From the IMG/VR virus record IMGVR_UViG_3300014656_000003, positions 1 through 60,110 of that record: a stretch of 60,110 bases of DNA, one strand, 5' to 3'. The stretch comes from a virus. Its lineage: Duplodnaviria > Caudoviricetes. Below are positions 9,485 to 17,872 of the stretch, one piece after another. The position numbers and the translations under genes were made by a program. Position 1 is the first letter of the stretch. Every line of letters begins with the position of its first letter. The notes beneath the pieces are model-generated. The model did no database searches. It worked only from the letters and a program-made list of their open reading frames with translations, and had not been told where the DNA came from.

Positions 9485-10210
9485 TCAGGGCATTTCTCGG
9501 AATTTTTCCAAAAATGTGGGCATAACCGGAACTTCAACGTCGTTGTCAGAGGCTCGAAGGTGGGCCGCGGCCGCCCCCCAGTTGCTTGCTTCTTCCCTCA
9601 TATCATCCGCCCAGTTGCTGACTTCTGTGGGTGTCACCTCCACGCCGGCAAGAGACAAAAGATCAGTGATGATTCCGGGTTCATCGTATTTTTTCAGATC
9701 CAGGAGGCGGTCGATCTCGGCCGCTATAAGGGCGCCGGCTATGACCAGCTCACGAATCCGAGGGGGCGAGTAGTCCTTCGGATCGGCAACGACTATCTTT
9801 TCACCGCCCCCATGTCTCTTCCGCTTGTCCCACCATCCGGCCCATTCATCAGGCCAGGGATCAAAGAAGGATATGGTTCCATCCACCCATTCCCTTATTT
9901 CATACAACCTTTTCGGCGTGGCGTAACACACGGCAGCCAGGGCCAGATCACCTCCGCGATGTTCCCGATCATGCTCTTTGTTGAACCCCTTTTGGTAGAT
10001 CTGCCGGGCACGCTCTATAGTGATCATGGCTGCGCCGTCTTTTTTGCTCGATTTTTCATACTCCTCTAACAGCTCTCTGTATTTATCCATTGACTCCTCC
10101 CTCCTCTCCAATAGGTAGTATACTTCCAGGCCGAGCTTATTCTTCAGTGTATCCTCTTGCATCCGCTGCCCCCAGTCCTCCCACGGTTTATTGGTAACAT
10201 TCCTGTACAT
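9485..10210 (-). CDS. Conserved phage protein (ERARQ...HD...LALAAVCYA...LVIAGALIAAEIDRL type; possibly MazG-like fold); start uncertain
   Basis: Motif recognition. The 5' part of the track ORF (to 10360) overlaps dnaA and is probably not translated. Confidence 0.6.
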   Translation of the reverse strand: MYRNVTNKPWEDWGQRMQEDTLKNKLGLEVYYLLERREESMDKYRELLEEYEKSSKKDGAAMITIERARQIYQKGFNKEHDREHRGGDLALAAVCYATPKRLYEIREWVDGTISFFDPWPDEWAGWWDKRKRHGGGEKIVVADPKDYSPPRIRELVIAGALIAAEIDRLLDLKKYDEPGIITDLLSLAGVEVTPTEVSNWADDMREEASNWGAAAAHLRASDNDVEVPVMPTFLEKFREMP

Positions 10211-11555
10211 ATCCCCTTGTCTGACTCCCTTCCAGTTCCTTGGCCAATAATTCCACCTGCTGCTTGACCTGCCGGCTCGTCTTACACTGTTTTTCGATCG
10301 CTTCCGATCCGTATATAACGGTTGCATGTCCCCGGCCGACGCTTTCCCCGATCGTCTCAATTGTTTCGTCTGTGAACTGCCTACAGAGATACATATAGAC
10401 CTTCCTCGGCCACACGTGCACCTTTAACCGTGACTTGGCCCTTAGCATATTCGGGGCCACTTTGTAGCGTTTACACACCAGGTCCTCCACGTCCTTCATC
10501 CTCACCCGCATCCGGGTATCGGTGGTAGCCTCCAGGATCTCCTTTGCCAGTTCCGGGTTGATGTCCCGGCGGAGGAGTTCGCTCCTGATCTTCAGGTTTT
10601 TCAGAACTCCCTCTATCTGCCGGATATCCCCCCGGAGGGTGCCGGCCAGGAGGCCTACGATCTCCCCTGGCAGCTTTATGTCATACTCAACCCCCTTCTG
10701 CTCGATGATCTTTCGCCTTGTCTCTGCGTCCGGTACGTCGATCCTGGCCACGATACCCGATGAGAGACGAGAGGTCAGGCTCTTTCTCATATACGGGATC
10801 GCTTGAGGCATGAGTGAGCTGGTCAGTACGATTTTCTTGTGCTCGTTAATCAGCATATCCAGGGTGTAGCCGAGGGCTTCCTGTGTCTTGTTTTTCGCGG
10901 TCATAAAATGAATTTCCTCGAGGATCAGCACATCGCACCCGGCGTACTTGATCTTAAACGGTCCCATCTGCCCGGCCTTGATAGCATATACCATGTCGTT
11001 CAGAAATTCCTCGGACGTAACATAATTGACTTTAATAGTCCTGTTGTTCTCCAGGATGGCGTTGCCGATTGCTTGGGATAGATGAGTCTTTCCAAGACCT
11101 GTCGCCGCAAAAATGAATAGCGGATTATTGCAAGATCCCGACTCTTCGACGAGGACACGTGCGGCTGCGTATGCCAGCTCGTTACACCTTCCCGTCGCGA
11201 ACCGTTCGAAAGTATAATCTCCGTTCAGCCTTCGCCCGTTTCTGCCTACATCGATGTTCGAGATAGCGAGTTGTGGGGATTCCTTAAATCTGTCCGGTTG
11301 CGCCGGCTCACGCTTCCGGGTGCCGGCGACGATCGTAATTTTAATACCTTCCGAGACTTCCGCTGCAGCGGATTTGATAATCTGGGAGAAATTCTCCTCA
11401 ATCCAGTGGCAGACGAACTTATTCCGGGCCTCTATCACTATCGTGTTGCCCTTTTGCTCCTTGAACACCAGGGGCGTGATCCATATCTCGAAGGGCTTGG
11501 CCCCGACCTTTTGCTTTACCTTCTTCTTTATTTCTTTCCACAGGGCCTGGTTCAT
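10188..11555 (-). CDS. dnaA: Full-length DnaA-like replication initiator (domains I, III, IV)
   Basis: FEIWITPL (domain I); YTFERFATGRCNELA, NPLFIFAATGLGKTHL, DVLILEEIHF, DIRQIEG (AAA+); PRKVYMYLCRQFT...GRGHATVIYG (domain IV). Confidence 0.92.
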   Translation of the reverse strand: MNQALWKEIKKKVKQKVGAKPFEIWITPLVFKEQKGNTIVIEARNKFVCHWIEENFSQIIKSAAAEVSEGIKITIVAGTRKREPAQPDRFKESPQLAISNIDVGRNGRRLNGDYTFERFATGRCNELAYAAARVLVEESGSCNNPLFIFAATGLGKTHLSQAIGNAILENNRTIKVNYVTSEEFLNDMVYAIKAGQMGPFKIKYAGCDVLILEEIHFMTAKNKTQEALGYTLDMLINEHKKIVLTSSLMPQAIPYMRKSLTSRLSSGIVARIDVPDAETRRKIIEQKGVEYDIKLPGEIVGLLAGTLRGDIRQIEGVLKNLKIRSELLRRDINPELAKEILEATTDTRMRVRMKDVEDLVCKRYKVAPNMLRAKSRLKVHVWPRKVYMYLCRQFTDETIETIGESVGRGHATVIYGSEAIEKQCKTSRQVKQQVELLAKELEGSQTRGYVQECYQ

Positions 11556-11868
11556 CGTCTCTCAAACCTCCGTTATATCGACACATATATTCATGAAGCA
11601 TTGCCAAAGGCATTGATTTTTCAATAGCACATTCATCACAAACAATAGCCTTGTCCGGACCCGTTATGCTTACTGCGAGATCCTCGTCAGGTCCCATAAT
11701 TGATGCCAAGACAGCACTTCCCAACATAAGCTCAAGCCCATGCTGCCTTTGAACAGCCTTGACTTTTACACCCATTCGCTCTATTTTTATCCGGTAAAAA
11801 CAAATATTTCCGGAGTGCATAACGCCCTTACCACAGATTACACATTTCTCTATTTCACTTTGCTTCAT
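11419..11868 (-). CDS. Zn-binding hypothetical protein
   Basis: CVIC...CDEC; likely start MKQSEIEK at 11868. Confidence 0.6.
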   Translation of the reverse strand: MKQSEIEKCVICGKGVMHSGNICFYRIKIERMGVKVKAVQRQHGLELMLGSAVLASIMGPDEDLAVSITGPDKAIVCDECAIEKSMPLAMLHEYMCRYNGGLRDDEPGPVERNKEEGKAKGRGQALRDMDHAPGVQGAKGQHDSDRGPE

Positions 11869-12220
11869 GGTTTTTCCTCCGCATAGATAAATGCTCAAAT
11901 CTCACTACATACGGAACCTGATCAGGGCCGCCCATCGCCTCGATGTACTCGTCCCGGTCGGACCAATATCGTGTTCCGCCTTCTCGCAAAAAGCTATCTT
12001 CCGTCATATTTCCCAGTCGCTCCTCACGGCAGAAAACTACGCGAGCCGGGTGGATCCGTTTTCCGCCACAGCGGAAGTCTTTATCGATGCCCATAAATTC
12101 AACGCCAGGCTTGAATTTGGCCGCATGTGACGCCTTCCAAAAACGGCGCGTTTCGGTCTTTGTTCCGGCCTCAAAAGCATCGGAAGTCATTGCAAATGAT
12201 ACGTGCAGCATTTTATTCAA
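11855..12220 (-). CDS. ASCH/PUA-like domain protein
   Basis: SF...F..GTKTETRR ... MTEDSFLREG ... VVRF pattern. Confidence 0.7.
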   Translation of the reverse strand: MNKMLHVSFAMTSDAFEAGTKTETRRFWKASHAAKFKPGVEFMGIDKDFRCGGKRIHPARVVFCREERLGNMTEDSFLREGGTRYWSDRDEYIEAMGGPDQVPYVVRFEHLSMRRKNHEAK

Positions 12221-12224
12221 ACCT

Positions 12225-12276
12225 CGCTAACCGTGGAAATCAGCCGTGGTTAATCGGCTGAATTTCCTGGTTATCT
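12225..12276 (-). mobile_element. attC-like site A
   Basis: AGATAAC-CAGGA-AATTCAGCCG...CGGCTGATT-TCCACG-GTTAGCG; imperfect palindrome with an extra base in the left arm. Confidence 0.8.
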
Positions 12277-12401
12277 GATTCTCTACAATATGGACCTCTC
12301 TCCTTGACTCCCCATCCGCAAATCCAACAATATTGGAAATCATATCCGGGGCCTGTCAGTAATTCGTCACACTCCGGGCAATATTCTAATTTTTCGTACA
12401 T
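12240..12401 (-). CDS. Cassette ORF, 53-aa Zn-ribbon protein (MYEKLEYCPEC...CWICGW)
   Basis: Manual translation; GGAGG RBS directly after the R' of site B; ends inside site A. Confidence 0.7.
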   Translation of the reverse strand: MYEKLEYCPECDELLTGPGYDFQYCWICGWGVKERGPYCRESDNQEIQPINHG

Positions 12402-12415
12402 GGTTCCCTCCAGGC

Positions 12416-12483
12416 AGATAACATTGAGTTGAGAAGTGGCCGGATGTCTTTACCGGCCAACTTTCTCAAACGATTGGTTATCG
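12416..12483 (-). mobile_element. attC-like site B
   Basis: CGATAAC-CAATC-GTTTGAGAAAGTTGGCCGG...CCGGCCACTTCTCAAC-TCAAT-GTTATCT. Confidence 0.85.
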
Positions 12484-12738
12484 TCTCGCACGACCCGATG
12501 TAGGCGATTCTTCACTATTACAGGCTGTTCCAGCAACGCAATCCTGTGGGACATTACCCTGAACCTTATTGTATTCTTTTTCCATCCTCTCAGGATCGTC
12601 AAGAAACGCTTCAAGGTCAGAAATAAGTTCCTTTTTGTCCGTGTACGCAAGGCGACAACAACCCACAGTTACAAAAAAACCATTATTTGCCGATGCTTCA
12701 ATATTAATACTGTAATTAATTATTCTTCCAAATTCCAT
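12478..12738 (-). CDS. Cassette ORF, 86-aa hypothetical protein
   Basis: AGGAG RBS after the R' of site C; TAA stop lies within the R'' (TAAC) of site B. Confidence 0.75.
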   Translation of the reverse strand: MEFGRIINYSINIEASANNGFFVTVGCCRLAYTDKKELISDLEAFLDDPERMEKEYNKVQGNVPQDCVAGTACNSEESPTSGRARR

Positions 12739-12767
12739 TTTATTACTCCTTTCTATTTAAAGGTTGA

Positions 12768-12825
12768 CGATAACGATTAACTAACACGTGAGCGTAGCGA
12801 ATCGTTGTTAAGTGATTGGTTATGT
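12768..12825 (-). mobile_element. attC-like site C
   Basis: ACATAAC-CAATC-ACTTAACAACGA-TTCGCTACGCTCA-CGTGTTAGT-TAATC-GTTATCG. Confidence 0.85.
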
Positions 12826-12957
12826 GAAGGCTATTGCAATCCCACAAAGCAACAACCAGCAGACTATAAAGGCTATTAAGCCCTTTTTGCCCCCCAAATA
12901 TCCAACAATAAACCCTACTACTGTTGCAGGTATCCAAACCATATTAATTAAATCCAT
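12820..12957 (-). CDS. Cassette ORF, 45-aa membrane peptide (MDLINMVWIPATVVGFIVGYLGGKKGLIAFIVCWLLLCGIAIAFT)
   Basis: Manual translation; GAGGAGG RBS; TAA stop in the R'' of site C. Confidence 0.7.
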   Translation of the reverse strand: MDLINMVWIPATVVGFIVGYLGGKKGLIAFIVCWLLLCGIAIAFT

Positions 12958-12972
12958 TTTTATTCCCTCCTC

Positions 12973-13026
12973 ACATAACGTGGAAATCACTCGCTCTTTT
13001 CAGTCGAGTGAATTTCCTGGTTAGCC
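12973..13026 (-). mobile_element. attC-like site D
   Basis: GGCTAAC-CAGGA-AATTCACTCGA...CGAGTGATT-TCCAC-GTTATGT. Confidence 0.85.
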
Positions 13027-13148
13027 TTTTCATTTGTAAATAAAATCCCGCCACTACCATCTTGGACAAGGACTTTTCCACCACATTTTCTGCAAATGTT
13101 TTGGTACAGGTTTCTTGTCGGGATAACGCATTCACATATTTTTTCCAT
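12987..13148 (-). CDS. Cassette ORF, 53-aa Cys-rich protein (MEKICEC...CRKCGG)
   Basis: Manual translation; GGAGG RBS; ends inside site D. Confidence 0.65.
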   Translation of the reverse strand: MEKICECVIPTRNLYQNICRKCGGKVLVQDGSGGILFTNEKANQEIHSTEKSE

Positions 13149-13172
13149 TACTTCCTCCATTTTTGATATCCA

Positions 13173-13222
13173 GGCTAACGTGGAATTAATCGGTTTTATC
13201 CGGCTTAAATTCCTGGTTATCT
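13173..13222 (-). mobile_element. attC-like site E
   Basis: AGATAAC-CAGGA-ATTTAAGCCGG...CCGATTAAT-TCCAC-GTTAGCC. Confidence 0.8.
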
Positions 13223-13344
13223 TTTATCCAGCCCATTTTCACTAAGTCTTTTTCACAACTGCTATTAAATTGATGAGCCAACAAATCAACCTCAGCTTCA
13301 AAAGACTGGCCACAAATTTCACAAACCCAATCTTCTCTTGTCAT
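13186..13344 (-). CDS. 52-aa Zn-finger-like protein (WVCEICGQSF...LLAH)
   Basis: Manual translation; ends inside site E. Confidence 0.6.
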   Translation of the reverse strand: MTREDWVCEICGQSFEAEVDLLAHQFNSSCEKDLVKMGWIKDNQEFKPDKTD

Positions 13345-13459
13345 ACCTCACCCCACCACTCCCAAAGCTATCAACAGCACTCCCACCACGATCATCTCCG
13401 GACCGATCGCCCAGGGACCCACCAGGATGGCCAGGAATCCTGCTACCAGGAGACCCCCT

Positions 13460-13663
13460 TTAACTGTGCGCCGGGTTCGTTCTGATACCATAATCCTCCG
13501 GTCCAGCCGAGTAGATCCCGATTACTTCCAGGGTTCGGTCATTGCCATTGCCTTCGGGAACGTATTGAAAATTCTTTGACCCGCACTCCGGACATCCTTT
13601 GTCATTCTCGCTCTCAAACGTATGGTGACAATGCTCACACCACTTCTTAAACTTCTTAGGCAT
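13460..13663 (-). CDS. Zn-ribbon protein
   Basis: CEHC...CPECGS; GGAGG RBS. Confidence 0.7.
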   Translation of the reverse strand: MPKKFKKWCEHCHHTFESENDKGCPECGSKNFQYVPEGNGNDRTLEVIGIYSAGPEDYGIRTNPAHS

Positions 13664-13665
13664 AA

Positions 13666-14529
13666 TTAACCTCCCTTCTTCTCTTTCGCCCAGGTTTTTA
13701 CCTGGAGCCTCGATAATGCCAGCACGCTCGGTTTCAGCTCATCCGGTGTGTCTTTATAGCCAAGCCGAGTCAAATTCAGCAATCCAGCCCGCGAGATCAG
13801 CATCAGATTTTCAGGCTCGCAGCGGGTTTTATCACCATCGATAAACGCCACGACCATGCCTTTCGGCACCGGACCGTGCGCCTGCTCCCAGATGTGCACG
13901 TGTTTTTGCTTGTAACGGGTCGGGGAGCCGGTATGAGGATTGTGTTCGGGGACCTTCATAAGGATGTACCCGTCTTTCGTGCATATCCGTTCCGAGCCGA
14001 GCGGCTTGCGGTTAGGGGGAACATTCCCTTTTTTAAAGCTTCCTTTATTCGCGCCTGTCAGACCCTGGCCTTTGGTGCCCTGGTTCCAGGACGTATGCCC
14101 CTCGGGGAAATGACCGGTCCTGCCTGATGTAATGCCCCGGTTACTCACAAACGTCTTGATTTGCCTCCGTGTCTTGTGGTCCCCGAATCGATCGTTAAAT
14201 AACACGGTCAGCTCAGCCACACTCCTGCCCGCGTAATTGTCCCGGATAAACTGTGCCTGCTCTTCAGTATATATTCTCAGCCTTGATATCATCCTGTCTT
14301 TATGCTTTCGCCCGCACTTGATTTTGTGGCTTCCTAATGCCGCCTTGATCCCGACTTCGGTTTTTGCCGTACCGAACCGATCGTTAAAAGCCGGCGTAAG
14401 CCCGTGAACATTCATGGACAGATATTCGGTTCGTAAAAACGTAATTTGCTGATCGGTATATCTATTCCGCAGCCTCTTCATCCCCCCCCACTCCCAACAT
14501 TTCGGGGGCAGTCTTTTTAAGTCCGTCAT
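13666..14529 (-). CDS. HNH endonuclease-family protein (start possibly at 14480)
   Basis: HVHIWEQAHGPVPKGMVVAFIDGDKTRCEPENLMLISR; two N-terminal YTxEQxxF(L/I)R repeats. Confidence 0.85.
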   Translation of the reverse strand: MTDLKRLPPKCWEWGGMKRLRNRYTDQQITFLRTEYLSMNVHGLTPAFNDRFGTAKTEVGIKAALGSHKIKCGRKHKDRMISRLRIYTEEQAQFIRDNYAGRSVAELTVLFNDRFGDHKTRRQIKTFVSNRGITSGRTGHFPEGHTSWNQGTKGQGLTGANKGSFKKGNVPPNRKPLGSERICTKDGYILMKVPEHNPHTGSPTRYKQKHVHIWEQAHGPVPKGMVVAFIDGDKTRCEPENLMLISRAGLLNLTRLGYKDTPDELKPSVLALSRLQVKTWAKEKKGG

Positions 14530-14716
14530 TTATGACTTTATGTGCTTCCAGCGCGAGTTTGCCATTGGATATAATCTGAGAAGCAACAAAGCCTATAGAC
14601 TTTGCGCGAGTAATTTCCCGCTGTAATTCATTGCCTTTCAAATCCTTGTCGTCCAGTCGCTCCATCTGGCGAAACAAAAGATCGTTCAGATCCATAAGTC
14701 TGTTTTTCTTAGGCAT
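14462..14716 (-). CDS. Conserved small phage protein typically upstream of HNH genes
   Basis: DLNDLLFRQMERL...EITRAKSI...QII motif. Confidence 0.7.
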   Translation of the reverse strand: MPKKNRLMDLNDLLFRQMERLDDKDLKGNELQREITRAKSIGFVASQIISNGKLALEAHKVINDGLKKTAPEMLGVGGDEEAAE

Positions 14717-14718
14717 AA

Positions 14719-14946
14719 TTAACCTCCCTTCATTACCTTCTTATTTTCATATCTCAGCACAACCTTGCCTTTCTGTCTGTCCACTTTAATGACCTTGAAT
14801 AGATGGTTGAAAAGAGTCAGCCGCTGCCCTCTCTTATGTATCTGACTCAGCGCCCCGAGAATATCCCTGTCGAACAGCTCTTCCGGAACTGCTCTTTTGT
14901 CCCCGCGCCCGGCGTCAGGGACCGGGCTTTTCTTCACTTCCTCCAT
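14719..14946 (-). CDS. Hypothetical protein
   Basis: 75-aa ORF in a tightly packed operon. Confidence 0.55.
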   Translation of the reverse strand: MEEVKKSPVPDAGRGDKRAVPEELFDRDILGALSQIHKRGQRLTLFNHLFKVIKVDRQKGKVVLRYENKKVMKGG

Positions 14947-15097
14947 TTTTTTCCCTCTCTTTTGTTATCGTCTGATACCGGTGGCATTTCAGGCAAGGAG
15001 GATCCTTCCTGCCGATGTGCCACTCGCACACCATAGGATGCACCCGGCCGCTGCCGGCCAGGGGATGAATACATTTTACTGGCTCATATCCTCCCAT
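14915..15097 (-). CDS. Small Cys-containing hypothetical protein
   Basis: 60-aa ORF, CEWH...CLKC. Confidence 0.45.
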   Translation of the reverse strand: MGGYEPVKCIHPLAGSGRVHPMVCEWHIGRKDPPCLKCHRYQTITKEREKNGGSEEKPGP

Positions 15098-15099
15098 TA

Positions 15100-15426
15100 T
15101 CAGCCCTTGAATACCTTTACTTTGCCGTTTGTGGGGTTGATCATTTCGCCTTTATCCGAGGACGGTACGCCGGGGGCTCTTCTTCTTTTCCGGCGAATGG
15201 CCTTTTTGAGGATCTTGTTAAATGGCGCCTCCTCAATCAGGTTATTGATCCACATATCCAGGACATCCACGTTATAAAGCCTGGTCCTGTCGGATCCTCC
15301 ATGGGGCACCCCCTTTGAGTGCGCCCTGAATACGGACAATGCCAGACCGCAGTAGATCGCGGCTTCTCTGATCCGGAGCCATGGCGTCCTGATCACCTTC
15401 CCTTCAGCTATCACTACTTCCTTCAT
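15100..15426 (-). CDS. Excisionase/MerR-like winged-HTH protein
   Basis: WLRIREAAIYCGL...RLYNVDVLDMW. Confidence 0.7.
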   Translation of the reverse strand: MKEVVIAEGKVIRTPWLRIREAAIYCGLALSVFRAHSKGVPHGGSDRTRLYNVDVLDMWINNLIEEAPFNKILKKAIRRKRRRAPGVPSSDKGEMINPTNGKVKVFKG

Positions 15427-15628
15427 GCTCCTCCATTATTTTCGGCCAATTCTCGACAAGAAGCCCCCAGTGCAAGCTATTCGGAGTTCTCTCTCCTCGC
15501 TCCCACATAGAGACAATCGAGGGATTGACGCCGATCCTCGCCGCGACCTGCGCCTGGGTCAGTGTGTACTTGATCCTCAACGCCAGAATGATATCCTGGA
15601 TTCTCTCCGGATCCGGCATATTCGCCAT
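15404..15628 (-). CDS. XRE-family HTH regulator
   Basis: LTQAQVAARIGVNPSIVSMWERGERTP. Confidence 0.9.
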   Translation of the reverse strand: MANMPDPERIQDIILALRIKYTLTQAQVAARIGVNPSIVSMWERGERTPNSLHWGLLVENWPKIMEEHEGSSDS

Positions 15629-15631
15629 GCC

Positions 15632-15817
15632 TTATACCTCGTATATATCGAGCCTCTCCTGGACAGCTAACCATAGCGGTAATTCGAGTTCGTTATCAGG
15701 GGACATAAAGCATTCGCTTCTCGGTAGTTTCACCTTCAACCCATCGAACTCCGCCTCTAACTCGGTTTCGCTGTATACTGTCACCGTGTCACACTGGATA
15801 ATGATTCTCTTTGCCAT
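15632..15817 (-). CDS. Small beta-rich hypothetical protein
   Basis: LPRSE...LELPLWLA; GGAGG RBS. Confidence 0.6.
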   Translation of the reverse strand: MAKRIIIQCDTVTVYSETELEAEFDGLKVKLPRSECFMSPDNELELPLWLAVQERLDIYEV

Positions 15818-15868
15818 TGGTCCCCCTCCTCATCTTCTCACCCTCCTTCCTTCTCACCCTCTTATCTT

Positions 15869-16762
15869 CTAATCTTCTTCCTGCCCCGGTTCACCAACCA
15901 AAAACGGCAGGGTATCACACTGAAACCTTGCCGCCTTTCTATGACCTCCGCCGCCATAGCTGAGTGCAATGACGGAAAGATCGATGTCAGGATGTGTCGT
16001 ATACAGACTAACCTCCCACCGACCATTGCGCCGGCAGAAACCGATCATCGCCGAGTGGCGCTTCGGATCATACACGGACTCGAAGAGCTGGGAGTTCACG
16101 ACCGGCTTGCCCGCGTTGATGGCAACGCACGGTATTCCCTCAAACATTACGTCAAAGGCATTCAGCCTGCAGTAATTGTCGTTTACCTTCCGCTGATATG
16201 CCAGGCAGGTCTGCCCTTCCTTGATAATCATATCCACCAGTTCCTCGTGACCCGTAAAGAGCCTCTCCCACAGATCCATCTCCTGATCAGGTGTCGTCTC
16301 CTGTATCCGCATCCCCCACTGAAATGGAAGCACGGATACAGAGTGCTCCAGGTCCCATACGTCATACCGCCCGAGGAGCTTTATCGCCCTGGGCATGGTT
16401 TCTTCATCCGGAAAAAACCAGCTCCACGCCAGCTCGCAGGCAGCGAGCTTATTGGTGCGATACCCGGCGATCGGGATCCAGTCATGTTCCTTAGCCCAGC
16501 GTTCGGCCTCGCTGATTGCCGACTCGTGGTGATCGATCCAGACCAACCGCCCGCAAAGCTCGTCGAGTTGCATCATAAGGGCAAAGGGCTGCAGACTGAA
16601 ATCCACCATGATCACCTCCGTCTCCCCGTCGATCTTGTTCCAGGGGAAATCGTCCCCGTAATCCATCCCCACCATGGTGCAGTGAGGGTACTTGTACTTG
16701 ACGATCGCGCCGGCGCAATGCCCGTCGAGATCCAACCTATGGTATATGCAAATCATTTTCAT
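15869..16762 (-). CDS. DHH/DHHA1-family phosphoesterase
   Basis: YHRLDLDG, VDFS, WIDHH and YGGGGHRKAA motifs. Confidence 0.92.
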   Translation of the reverse strand: MKMICIYHRLDLDGHCAGAIVKYKYPHCTMVGMDYGDDFPWNKIDGETEVIMVDFSLQPFALMMQLDELCGRLVWIDHHESAISEAERWAKEHDWIPIAGYRTNKLAACELAWSWFFPDEETMPRAIKLLGRYDVWDLEHSVSVLPFQWGMRIQETTPDQEMDLWERLFTGHEELVDMIIKEGQTCLAYQRKVNDNYCRLNAFDVMFEGIPCVAINAGKPVVNSQLFESVYDPKRHSAMIGFCRRNGRWEVSLYTTHPDIDLSVIALSYGGGGHRKAARFQCDTLPFLVGEPGQEED

Positions 16763-17066
16763 TTATCCTCCTCCTTCCTTGCCTTCTGACCTTCTCACCT
16801 TCTTCTTCCCCCTCCGGTCCATTGCTATTTTCTTTTATGAGAGCTTCCATCCTGTCAATAAGATTCATGGCTTTTTCTCCACATTCCATGCGAATATTCA
16901 GGTAAAATGTCATAAATGCCACGAATCCCGGGATCTCCCCATTTCCATCCGGACTTGGGAAGATATGATCCAGCAGCATTATAAAATTGGCGCAAGCATG
17001 GCGTTCGTCATGCACAAAGTCATATAGCCGCTCAAAAAGTTTCTTCTGGTTCTCATCTAATAACAT
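16737..17066 (-). CDS. Hypothetical protein
   Basis: GGAGG RBS; 109 aa. Confidence 0.6.
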   Translation of the reverse strand: MLLDENQKKLFERLYDFVHDERHACANFIMLLDHIFPSPDGNGEIPGFVAFMTFYLNIRMECGEKAMNLIDRMEALIKENSNGPEGEEEGEKVRRQGRRRINENDLHIP

Positions 17067-17112
17067 TGCAGTTACCTCCCCTCTAACCCTCTCGATCTTT
17101 TATTTAAGCTGT

Positions 17113-17322
17113 TCACCCCACCACTCGATCAAGTAAGTAACATCCACTAATTCCATAAAGCCACACCACAGCCGTATGTCCTGAAAGAACCTCGGCCGGA
17201 TATTTAACTTTCGTTTCAACCCTTTCGCCAAAATCCTTGACCACCGTCACTGGTGTTCCAACCGGATTCCGTTTGTTAAAAGCCTCAACCTTGTCTTGCA
17301 TTACTTCGATCGATTCTTGCAT
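17113..17322 (-). CDS. Hypothetical protein (FNKRNPVGTPV motif)
   Basis: Likely start MQESIE; the track's longer 5' extension is repeat-derived. Confidence 0.6.
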   Translation of the reverse strand: MQESIEVMQDKVEAFNKRNPVGTPVTVVKDFGERVETKVKYPAEVLSGHTAVVWLYGISGCYLLDRVVG

Positions 17323-17402
17323 TGAAATCTCACCTGTCCTTTCCCATTCGAAGTTGGATGTTCGATGTTGGCCTCCGGCCCGCCTACGCCCCGGAGGGAC
17401 GT

Positions 17403-17666
17403 TCATCTGTTTACCCCTTTCCCCACCTTCTTCTTTCTAAGGTACGCCAGGAGCCGGCACCGCTGCCCGTCCCGATAAAAAACATATTCGCCGATCTCAG
17501 TATCCCACTGGCTCGCCAGTATCCCATGGTAGCGGTGCGCCCGCTTGATGCCCTCCGGGGCGGGCCCAGGCCGTGGCCCCGTGTAAATAACGACCGGTTG
17601 CGGGCCGTAAAGCAGATACCCGATCGCGATGCCGGCCATGGCCACCACTGCAAAAAAATACTTCAT
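17403..17666 (-). CDS. Membrane-anchored hypothetical protein
   Basis: N-terminal hydrophobic helix. Confidence 0.6.
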   Translation of the reverse strand: MKYFFAVVAMAGIAIGYLLYGPQPVVIYTGPRPGPAPEGIKRAHRYHGILASQWDTEIGEYVFYRDGQRCRLLAYLRKKKVGKGVNR

Positions 17667-17872
17667 TCTTTTCCCCTATTGAGAGACGAGCCATACTCGT
17701 ACCCGATCTCCCCCGTCTTTGTGTTCCGGATCCGGTTCGTCAACACGTTCGGGTTTCCGAAAAACTGTCTTAACAGATCATCAATATTTGCAACCCAGAA
17801 CCACCTGAACCTGAGCGGTCGGCTCGGCCGGAACTCACTTCCCTTTAACTCCTCTCTCTCAATCACCCACAT
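17663..17872 (-). CDS. Hypothetical protein
   Basis: ATGA overlap with the next gene. Confidence 0.5.
   Translation of the reverse strand: MWVIEREELKGSEFRPSRPLRFRWFWVANIDDLLRQFFGNPNVLTNRIRNTKTGEIGYEYGSSLNRGKE

Noticed and set aside
12225-13222. CRISPR array
   Set aside because: The repeats are not identical, the intervening units are 140-290 bp and contain ORFs with RBSs, and there are no cas genes; attC architecture fits far better.
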